DNA from: Pirellulaceae bacterium
Lineage (GTDB): Bacteria; Planctomycetota; Planctomycetia; Pirellulales; Pirellulaceae
Direction of reading: 5' to 3'
DNA: 40,000 nt
Assembly: GCA_963707245.1 (NCBI GenBank)
Contig: CAVPPY010000003.1
Coordinates: 20,905-60,904, forward strand
The notes below the pieces were generated by a model, which was not told where the DNA came from, made no database searches, and saw nothing but the letters and a program-made list of their open reading frames with translations. Below, piece after piece: positions 17,472 through 24,774 of this stretch. The position numbers were made by a program, and so were the translations under genes. Each line of letters starts with the position of its first letter. The first letter of the stretch is position 1.

Positions 17472-17679
17472 CAAATTTATTGACCCGATCGTTGCCGAGA
17501 TCCATGCGATACGCGCGGCGATGCTGGAAGCAGCAGATGGGGACATTGGTTTGATGATGCAACAGGTCGCCGAACGCCAGCGGAAGTCCAAACATCGCAT
17601 TATCACCCGACCTTTCCGCGAACGCACAGAACCAAGCAATGAACGCGAGTGCCGTAGCCGCGATCACTTTGCTAAATAA
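17464..17679 (+). CDS. Small partner protein of the PIN-domain gene (putative antitoxin)
   Basis: 71 aa. The DPIVAEIHAIRAAMLEAADGDIGLMMQQVAERQRKS pattern typically accompanies this PIN family. Translationally coupled overlap. Confidence 0.55.
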   Translation: MPDKFIDPIVAEIHAIRAAMLEAADGDIGLMMQQVAERQRKSKHRIITRPFRERTEPSNERECRSRDHFAK

Positions 17680-17749
17680 TCGTTCCCCGGCACCGCGTTA
17701 CTGCAACCGTTCCACAACTGAACTGGTTGCAGTCGGGATTTGGTAACCA

Positions 17750-19758
17750 GTAGAGTAAGGAGGGTCGACCGAGGGTCGAGCCCTCCTCCTCGTCAAACCG
17801 TACGTGCGGATTTCCCGCATACGGCTTTCGCAGAGACTGTTCATTCAGGGGTGTAATCAAGGAAGCCGTAGTCATTCACATACGTTTCAGACCGAGGTCA
17901 TGGACGTGAGCATAGAATGATTTGCCTACTGGAGGACAGTAGGCGCGTTGGCTTCTTCGCCGCAGATGGTGGGTGAGCCGCTTCACGGTGAAGCTGTGCA
18001 TTGCCCGAAACGCCACCCGCGGGTAACCGTAGCCGAAGTAGTTCGTCCATCCCGTGGACCATTGGTTGATCTGGCCGATCATATCTGTGATCGGCATGAA
18101 GCAACGCTGCGGGACACGTCAGGTCGCGGATCGTCTCTCGTGCCTTCGCCGTCGCCTTGCGACTGGGGAAGACATTGAGGTAGCGATGCGAGCGACCTTT
18201 CAGGTCCCGGTCATAGCGGAATGTGTACCCGAGGAAGTCGAGCGAGCTGCCCTCTTCCTGGAGCCGAACGATTTTCGTCTTCTCTCGATTGATCGTGAGC
18301 CGGAAGCGTCCTTCAAGCGTCTGCTCGATCCAGCCTTGCAGCCGGACTCCTTGGTACCGTGCCAAGATCACGAAGTCGTCCGCGTAGCGGACGATATGTG
18401 CTTTGGCCCAGTGAGCAGGGCCATTCGATGCATGAAATGCACGCTCGAACCAGTGAAGGTACACGTTCGACAGCAAGGGAGATATGACCCCGCCTTGAGG
18501 TGTGCCTTTGTCGGATCGTTGGTTGTGCTGTTTGCCATGTTCATCGATCTCCACAATCTCGCAACGCAACCACATCTCGATCAGATGCAGTACCGAGCGA
18601 TCGGCGATTCGCATCTTCAGCGCGAGCAGTAGTTGGTCGTGAGGTATCGTGTCGAAGTAGCCTTTCAGGTCCGCGTCGTACACTTCGCGGTAGCCACGAT
18701 TTAGGTGCTCGCGGATCGTTTGCAGAGCGTGCTGGGCGCTGCGTTCGGGTCGGAACCCGTACGAGGTGTCGAGGAAGTCAGCTTCAAAGATGGCTTCCAG
18801 CACCAGCAGTGCCGCCGTCTGGACGATGCGGTCGCGCATCGTGGGGATCCCCAGCGGACGCTGGCGTCCGTCAGGTTTTACGAGGTACGTGCGTTTCACA
18901 CGATCCGGTCGGTAGGTGTGCGTCTTGAGCGATTGATGAAGTTGGTCCAGGTATTGCTGGATGCCACCAGGAGCATTCATGATGTCCTGGCAGGTCACCC
19001 CGTCAATGCCCGGTGCCTTATCTTTCGCCAGTACGATCCACCAGGCCGCTGTCAGTACGTCGAGTCGATAGATTCGATCGTACAGAGCGTAGAATCGAAA
19101 TTTCGGTTCTTGTTTGGCCTTCTGATATAGCTTCCGCCGCAGTTCGGCAACTTTCACCGGCAGCTTGACGTTGCTCTTGATCATGCACCAGTCCGGATAC
19201 GCCGGGCGGGTGGATCGGGTTGCGTCGTCAGAGGCGGTCGGGTCTTCCGTAGTGGGACGTTCGTCCAAGCGGGTTCTCCTTACATAAGCGGACATGCGTG
19301 TTTCTGCCGAGGGGACTTTGCTCCACCGGAGTTACCCGGCTTCCTCGCTCGTATTCCCCTCTCCGACTCCCACCGTGACCAACTCGGCGTTATTGGTTCC
19401 GCCGGAGTCGTTGCGGCTTCGGCATGCTCCGCCGAGACCGCCGTCGGGTGGGTCTCCCAGGTGCCTTGACTGTCTGTCGACGCCCGCTGTCTCCAGTCAC
19501 CCCGTGGGGCCCCGTTGCCGCATGGACTCGTTGCTTGGCAACCGGTGTTGGCTTCAGCATCTTCGGGAGCTTGGCCACCCCAACCTTGTGTAACGAGGCC
19601 GAATCGAGTTCACTTGCGTTACGGCTGACGTCTTCGCCTTCCAAGGCTTCAGCGAGCGGATTGCTCCGTCACGCTGCTTGGTTGGCTACATGGCGAACGA
19701 GCACTTACCATGGTTAGTACCTTTCAACTAACAAGAACAGCCAGACTTACTGGCGCAC
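17750..19758 (-). mobile_element. Group II intron A (2009 nt, complete ribozyme ends; intron-encoded protein frameshifted)
   Basis: Read on the minus strand. The 5-prime end is GTGCGCCAGTAAGTCTGGCTG (19758 downward). Domain V is canonical, AAGCCGTATGCGGGAAATCCGCACGTACGGTTT (17795-17827). Domain VI is GAGGAGGAGGG...CCCTCCTTACTCTAC, with a bulged A 7 nt from the 3-prime end at 17750. Confidence 0.88.
17876..19295 (-). pseudogene. Group II intron reverse transcriptase/maturase, frame change near 18110 (pseudogene or sequence error)
   Basis: ORF 17898-19295 carries the RT domains (…[14 protein letters not shown]…[15 protein letters not shown]…) and then runs into nonsense. The maturase segment [53 protein letters not shown] is in the ORF 17876-18097 frame. 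Confidence 0.85.
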
Positions 19759-19782
19759 CGAAGGACACGAAGAGCACGAAGG
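19759..19782. repeat. Left arm of the inverted repeat bracketing the GxxExxY gene (abuts the intron A 5-prime splice site)
   Basis: The reverse complement, CCTTCGTGCTCTTCGTGTCCTTCG, matches 20162-20185 at 23 of 24 positions. Confidence 0.85.
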
Positions 19783-20153
19783 ATGGAATTTGACGATCTA
19801 TCGCACCGCGTGATTGGATTGCGATCGAGGTTCATCGTGCATTGGGTCCGGGATTGCTTGAATCGGCGTATGAGCAATGTCTCGCCCACGAACTCGCTCA
19901 AAACAACATTCGATTCCAACTTCAGTATCCACAACCGGTTGAGTACAAGGGCTTTTGCCTGGACTGCGGATACCGTATTGATTTGCTTGTCGAGGATGCA
20001 TTGATTCTCGAACTCAAAAGCGTGGACAAGTTGACGACGATTCACGAGGCACAATTGCAGACGTACATGAAACTCGCAGGTGTGAAGACAGGACTGCTAA
20101 TCAACTTCAACGTCACTAAGCTGAAGGACGGAATCAAGCGATTTGTCCTCTGA
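19783..20153 (+). pseudogene. GxxExxY family protein (PD-(D/E)XK-like), 1-nt frame change near 19820
   Basis: ATG 19783 gives [13 protein letters not shown]. After a one-base slip the frame of ORF 19842 continues [25 protein letters not shown]...[18 protein letters not shown]...[19 protein letters not shown]. This is the eponymous G-x-x-E-x-x-Y motif plus a D..E.K nuclease-like core. Confidence 0.8.
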
Positions 20154-20161
20154 TCACTTCG

Positions 20162-20195
20162 CCTTCGTGCTCTTCGCGTCCTTCGTGGTTCAACC
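20162..20195. repeat. Right arm of the inverted repeat bracketing the GxxExxY gene
   Basis: CCTTCGTGCTCTTCGCGTCCTTCG followed by TGGTTCAACC. The continuation TGGTT.A.CC...TCCC is also found as the 3-prime exon of intron A (reverse complement of 17732-17749). Confidence 0.85.
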
Positions 20196-20410
20196 TTTCC
20201 CCTGGCTGCCTGATGACGTGTAGAATGTGGAACCATGCCATGCACACGGAGGCCGCGATTCAGCTCAATCGGTTTGGTCTGAGTCCTTCGCGCGGCCTCG
20301 GTGATGGCCAGCGTTCCACAACAAGACTGGCTTTAGGGAACTTCTTCACCTTTTCCGGCGTCAAATTATGCTCTGAAATAACAAACCGCAAGCTCCAGGA
20401 TGGGTTCCTA

Positions 20411-20938
20411 ATGAAACTACCTCAATTTGCTCTCTGCCTCCTATTCCTCGGATGCAATCTGTCGCTCGCTCAGGATACGCCCAACGATGCGAAATTCACT
20501 GGACCAACGAAAGATGTGACCTACCATGTGCTTTGGTTGATCGAATCCGAAGATGAGAACCGCATCGCCTACACCGGACCTGCTCGCGACGGCCTAACTG
20601 CGGCAGGCTATGGACGCTTGGTACCCGCTGGTTCGGCTTCTAGCATGGTCAGTATCGGACAGCGTGCGAATGTTACCGGGTCATCTCGCTACGGGCAAAT
20701 GTCGGTGGTCTTATCACTGCTAAATACCGATGAGCAAGATGAACTTCAGATCAAGATTGACCTTAAATCGAGTAATCGTTCACCGATGTCGATCGATACT
20801 ACTGCTAGAGCGCCACTTGGACGCTGGTTTCTTGTAGGCGGCGCAGATTCCCGTGTTGGATTGCCCCTTCACGCGGATGACGGCAAACGTGCCGTTGCAA
20901 TAATGAAAATCGACGACGGTGTCTTGCTTCTCGACTAA
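20411..20938 (+). CDS. Secreted hypothetical protein (signal peptide)
   Basis: ATG 20411 within ORF 20213-20938. N-terminus MKLPQFALCLLFLGCNLSLAQD looks like a signal peptide. No family recognised. Confidence 0.5.
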   Translation: MKLPQFALCLLFLGCNLSLAQDTPNDAKFTGPTKDVTYHVLWLIESEDENRIAYTGPARDGLTAAGYGRLVPAGSASSMVSIGQRANVTGSSRYGQMSVVLSLLNTDEQDELQIKIDLKSSNRSPMSIDTTARAPLGRWFLVGGADSRVGLPLHADDGKRAVAIMKIDDGVLLLD

Positions 20939-20939
20939 C

Positions 20940-22994
20940 GGAAAAACTTATACGAATTGTGCGAACCATGCGATCGAGATAGGGGCCCGGATTACCCGGG
21001 ACCCCTCTCACAACACCTAGCATGCGGGTCCGCACTAGGCGTTTCATCTCTTAGGAGCAAGCTTGCTCCAGACTTCCGATAGACTGACCAAGCCGGTTGA
21101 CTGTAGATGGCTGTTGGTGAGAGTGCTTTGGACACTCTCACAGCGCGACATGAACCAGGCGCCTCGTGAGCAAGAGCCGAAGGGTACCGCCTCGTTTCGT
21201 GCCAATCCCAGTTTCATCAAGTTTCTTATTCTGGCTGAGGGTTTACGCCACTGCTTCCAGAAACAGGACCGGATGCGGCGACGAACCCACTTGTCTAATA
21301 CGACGAAGAAACTCTTGATCGGGACCAAGCAGAAGTAGCCGGTCCAGCCACGAAGATAGTAACCCAACGCCTTCAAGCGAGTCGTCATCGAGATGCTCAC
21401 GCGACGACGCGTCAACTCTCGAACTCGTTGCTTGAACTTGTCAAAGTTCTTTGGGCTGACTCGCATCTGGCCGCCGTATCCGGTGAACTGGTATCCGAGG
21501 AATTCCAGCCCATCTGTACTGCGCACGCAGCTCTTCGCATGGTTCACCACCAGCTTGAGTTTGCGAGTTAAATATCGTTCCACCGAAGCGAAGACGCGTA
21601 GAGCTGACTTTTCAGTCTTGGTGAATACCAGAAAGTCATCCGCATACCGTACAAAGCGAAGCCCGCGTTGTTCTAGCTCTTTGTCAAAGTCGTCTAACAG
21701 GATGTTGGCTAGGATGGGTGAAAGCGGACCACCTTGCATTGTGCCTTCGGGTGATGGTTCCCACGAAGCATCGACCATTACACCAGCACGCAAATAGTTT
21801 CCGATCAAACGCAGCAAGCGTTTATCGCCAACTTTCCGAGCTACTCTTGCGAGTAGCACGTCATGTTGAACGCGATCGAAAAATTTGGACAAATCCATAT
21901 CGACACAATGTCGGTATCCAGAACGGATATGAGCTTGGACTTGTTTGATAGCTCCGTGTGCTGAGCGTTTTGGTCGGAAGCCGAAACTAGATTCGCTGAA
22001 GTGCGGATCGAAGATCGGCGTTAAGACTTGGAGGATGCACTGCTGAATGAGCCTTTCCATGATATTGGGTATACCAAGATGTCTTTCAGAGCCATCGCTT
22101 TTCGGGATAGACTTACGCCGCGCTGGTTGCGGGGCATAGGTGCCATCGAGTAGTTGTTGACGGATCGTTGGCCACTCGGCGCGAAAGCTTTCAGGGAACG
22201 TGTCGAGTGTGATTCCATCGGGACCAGGAGCCCCTTTGTTCGCCTTGACCTTGCGCCACGCCTTTTCGACGTTTTGCATGTCAACAATTTGTTCCATCAG
22301 ATTGTCTGATAGGTCGCTTAAGGCTGGCTTCTTCATGACCGCCGGGGCCGATTGATCTACGCTGAGACTCCGCAGAGCACGGGGCTTTTCATTGTCGCCG
22401 CCCGTAGGGTCGGTCGAGCTAGCTTCTATGTGTTGCGGACGGATCGAGGTCACGAATGGTTCTTCCTTAATAAGAAATGTTCGGCCCTTCCCGTCTCGAT
22501 TGGTGGTCGAGGATCGGTACTACGGCCTCTGCTGACTTCTGTGAGTACGAATGAGTTGCCTCATCCGCCCCGCCTTTCGAGCAAGCTCTAATCACGGGTA
22601 CACGTCACAGATCTCCCCAAATAAGAGCGTGAGTTGTCCCTGCACAAGCTCCGCATCTACCAATCCTCCATTTCCGATTCGCCGGTTTTTAACTCGCGTT
22701 CTCATGCACGCTCGGCTAGAGCGACCGGCCTCAATGCGGTTTCTGTACGTAGCCTCGCAGGTCTTGGCGAGAAGATGTCCAGCGACGAAAGGGTTTGCTG
22801 GCTTAACGATCATCTTCGCAGGCTTCCTTCCCACGGTCGGTCACCCTCCCGCAGTTGCCTTCGCCTCGTGTCTGTTTCTTACGAGCTATCCATTTGGTAT
22901 CATGACTCCCACAAGAAAATCGGAACTAAACACAGGGGACTGAGAACTCTGGCGAGTTCCGCACCCCATAAACTCACGCCCATGTTGGGCGTAC
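20940..22994 (-). mobile_element. Group II intron B (about 2.05 kb; 5-prime end defined by comparison with a second copy, 3-prime end only approximate)
   Basis: The minus-strand 5-prime end, GTACGCCCAACATGGGCGTGAG at 22994, is the point where similarity to the fragment at 24536-24713 stops. The RT/maturase ORF is intact. Downstream of the ORF is a 34-nt hairpin GAGAGGGGTCCCGGGTAATCCGGGCCCCTATCTC (20976-21009) in the domain V position. I could not fold domain VI or place the exact 3-prime end. Confidence 0.7.
21044..22453 (-). CDS. Group II intron reverse transcriptase/maturase (no endonuclease domain evident)
   Basis: 469 aa, intact. Motifs: APGPDGITLD, RHLGIPNIMERLIQQ, QGGPLSPILANILLD, VRYADDFLVF. 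Maturase region YLRGWTGYF...WVRRRIRSCFWKQWRK. Confidence 0.9.
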   Translation of the reverse strand: MTSIRPQHIEASSTDPTGGDNEKPRALRSLSVDQSAPAVMKKPALSDLSDNLMEQIVDMQNVEKAWRKVKANKGAPGPDGITLDTFPESFRAEWPTIRQQLLDGTYAPQPARRKSIPKSDGSERHLGIPNIMERLIQQCILQVLTPIFDPHFSESSFGFRPKRSAHGAIKQVQAHIRSGYRHCVDMDLSKFFDRVQHDVLLARVARKVGDKRLLRLIGNYLRAGVMVDASWEPSPEGTMQGGPLSPILANILLDDFDKELEQRGLRFVRYADDFLVFTKTEKSALRVFASVERYLTRKLKLVVNHAKSCVRSTDGLEFLGYQFTGYGGQMRVSPKNFDKFKQRVRELTRRRVSISMTTRLKALGYYLRGWTGYFCLVPIKSFFVVLDKWVRRRIRSCFWKQWRKPSARIRNLMKLGLARNEAVPFGSCSRGAWFMSRCESVQSTLTNSHLQSTGLVSLSEVWSKLAPKR

Positions 22995-23089
22995 GTGCAA
23001 GGGAGGACAGGAGTCGTGTTTTTCGGTCTGCTTGCGAGTCTTTCGCCCGTCCCCCGTGATTTCTGACGTTATGCCGAGCAGGAAATGCA

Positions 23090-23302
23090 ATGAGCGCCCT
23101 CCCACCGCTTAATCGCAAAATCATCAAACGTAGTTCGTTGGATCAGCAGGGCGCTGACGATCGCGTAATTGACCGTAGCCCGGAAGAGTGCTTGAATATG
23201 GTCTGGCCGCTTACGGTATCCGCCTGGACATTATTGGATCCATGCATTGCTGAATCCAGACTTCAGAGACATGTTACGCGAGTTGCTCGACTCGAAGATT
23301 GA
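23090..23302 (+). CDS. Small hypothetical protein preceding the nucleotidyltransferase-fold gene
   Basis: 70 aa with ATG start. It ends ...ESRLQRHVTRVARLED, a pattern I recall in small proteins encoded upstream of this nucleotidyltransferase-like family. Overlaps the next ORF by 56 nt in another frame. Confidence 0.4.
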   Translation: MSALPPLNRKIIKRSSLDQQGADDRVIDRSPEECLNMVWPLTVSAWTLLDPCIAESRLQRHVTRVARLED

Positions 23303-23696
23303 TTTCCTGCTTGTCGGCGCTTATGCGTTGGCAGTTCACGGATTTCCTCGGTCAACCGGTGATATTGACCTGTGGGTTAGAGCGGACGCAGAGACAGGCC
23401 CAAAAACATTCAATGCAATAAAGCGGTTTGGAGCTCCAATCCACGACTTGACGATCGACGACCTTTCCAATCCCGGGTTTATCTTTCAGATCGGTGTTCC
23501 GCCCGTAAGAATAGATATCTTGACCACCGTTTCTGGCTTGGTCTTCGACCAAGCTTGGCGAAATCGAATCACCGTCAACTGGGATGGACTTGACATTCCG
23601 GTGATCGCGAGAGAAGACCTGATTGCGAACAAACGTGCCACGGGAAGAACGAAGGACGCTGCCGATGTGGAACGCCTCGAACAAGACAAACCCTGA
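23247..23696 (+). CDS. Nucleotidyltransferase-fold protein (MNT/AbiEii-like superfamily)
   Basis: 149 aa. IDFLLVGAYALAVHGFPRSTGDIDLWV...IFQIGVPPVRIDILTTVSGLVF...LIANKRATGRTKDAADVERL carries the G-x-n-GDIDL pattern of minimal nucleotidyltransferases. Confidence 0.6.
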   Translation: MLNPDFRDMLRELLDSKIDFLLVGAYALAVHGFPRSTGDIDLWVRADAETGPKTFNAIKRFGAPIHDLTIDDLSNPGFIFQIGVPPVRIDILTTVSGLVFDQAWRNRITVNWDGLDIPVIAREDLIANKRATGRTKDAADVERLEQDKP

Positions 23697-24099
23697 AATG
23701 CAGTTGGCAGAACCAATAAGGATTTGACTTCGCGTACCGCGAGAGATGAGCGGGAATCAGATTCAGGATGACTCGTACGTTCGAGACTTGAAGCGGCGAG
23801 AGTCAGCCGAAGCTCAAGTCCTCTGTTCAAGAAGCCCGGCAGAACCCGCACAGGTTACCTTGGGTAAAGCTCTTCGCGTGCTCTTGCTGGCGAGCATTGA
23901 TCTGTGCCGCATGGGATTGGACGTTGCATGCAGCTTGCGCAGCGCAGTGAATTGGGTCTCTAAGCAGGCGGTCGGTCGCGTCGAAGTGAGCGTCGCTGCA
24001 ACCTTTTGGTGATGGCTTGGCAACTGGGTGCGGAGCTTCTCTGATCGCCATGACGATGACGTTCCGAGATTTCTGATTGGATCAATCGAGCACATGTTG

Positions 24100-24535
24100 C
24101 TATCCACTGTCGAGATAAGCCAGCGCATGTTCGCTGAGCGTGTAAATTGTTTCGTAAGTGACGGCTACTACCCGCATCGTATGGCCGCAGGCGGCGCAGC
24201 GAATCACGCTGGGCTGCTTGATGGCCACACGCTGCACGTAGGGGGCCAAGTACTTGAGTACTGCTGCGCCATTGCCGACCGCTTCGATGTCCACAACGAA
24301 CTTGCCGTGCCAAGTCTCTTTCGGGACTTGTTCATACAAGCCGCAGGCCCGCAGATGATCTGCCAACTTGGCTTTGTAGACGTTGATTAGCGTGCCGTGA
24401 TGGACGAAGAAATTCTCGGCCGTAGCTTGCCAACTCAGTGCGCGGCCCCGGTCGTCTACTTTCACTGCACCGCCGGGGACAACGAAATGCACGTGAGGAT
24501 GGTAGACCATCGGATCACGGCCCTAACCCACGCAC
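24100..24535 (-). pseudogene. IS91-family transposase remnant (N-terminally truncated at the HUH motif, internally deleted)
   Basis: GRDPMVYHPHVHFVVPGGAV...LKYLAPYVQRVAI... aligns with module 1 (GRDMSYHPHVHFIVPGGAL...LRYLAPYVFRVAI). An in-frame TAG lies immediately upstream. About 150 aa are missing between RVAI and the C-terminal Cys motif. Confidence 0.8.
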
Positions 24536-24713
24536 TCGCAGGCTTCCTTCCCACGGTCGGTCACCCTTCCGCAGTTGCCTTCGCCTCGTGTTTGTTTCTT
24601 ACGAGCTATCCATTTGGTATCATGACTCCTGTAAGAAAATCGGAACTTAACACAGGGGACTGAGAACTCTGGCGAGTTCCACACCCCATAAACTCACGCC
24701 ATGTTGGGCGTAC
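24536..24713 (-). mobile_element. 178-nt 5-prime fragment of group II intron B
   Basis: Near-identical to 22816-22994, with a handful of substitutions and one 1-nt indel. Similarity ends exactly at the GTACG 5-prime end on one side and at TCGCAGG on the other. Confidence 0.85.
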
Positions 24714-24735
24714 ATACAACTCGACAGTGCCATTC

Positions 24736-24774
24736 GGGTCAGACCTGGGTCAGACCCCTTTGGGGACAAAGCCT
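24736..24774. repeat. Half copy of palindromic repeat P2 (right arm only, with a partial internal duplication)
   Basis: GGGTCAGACCt GGGTCAGACCCCTTTGGGGACAAAGCCT. The left arm is absent. It overlaps the stop codon of the 24773-27148 gene. Confidence 0.8.

Noticed and set aside
20200-20410. Minus-strand translation ...KASLVVERWPSPRPREGL..., vaguely like the VVER motif at the C-terminus of IS5-family transposases
   Set aside because: The match is too short and degenerate, and no flanking transposase sequence or inverted repeats were found. I cannot support a call.
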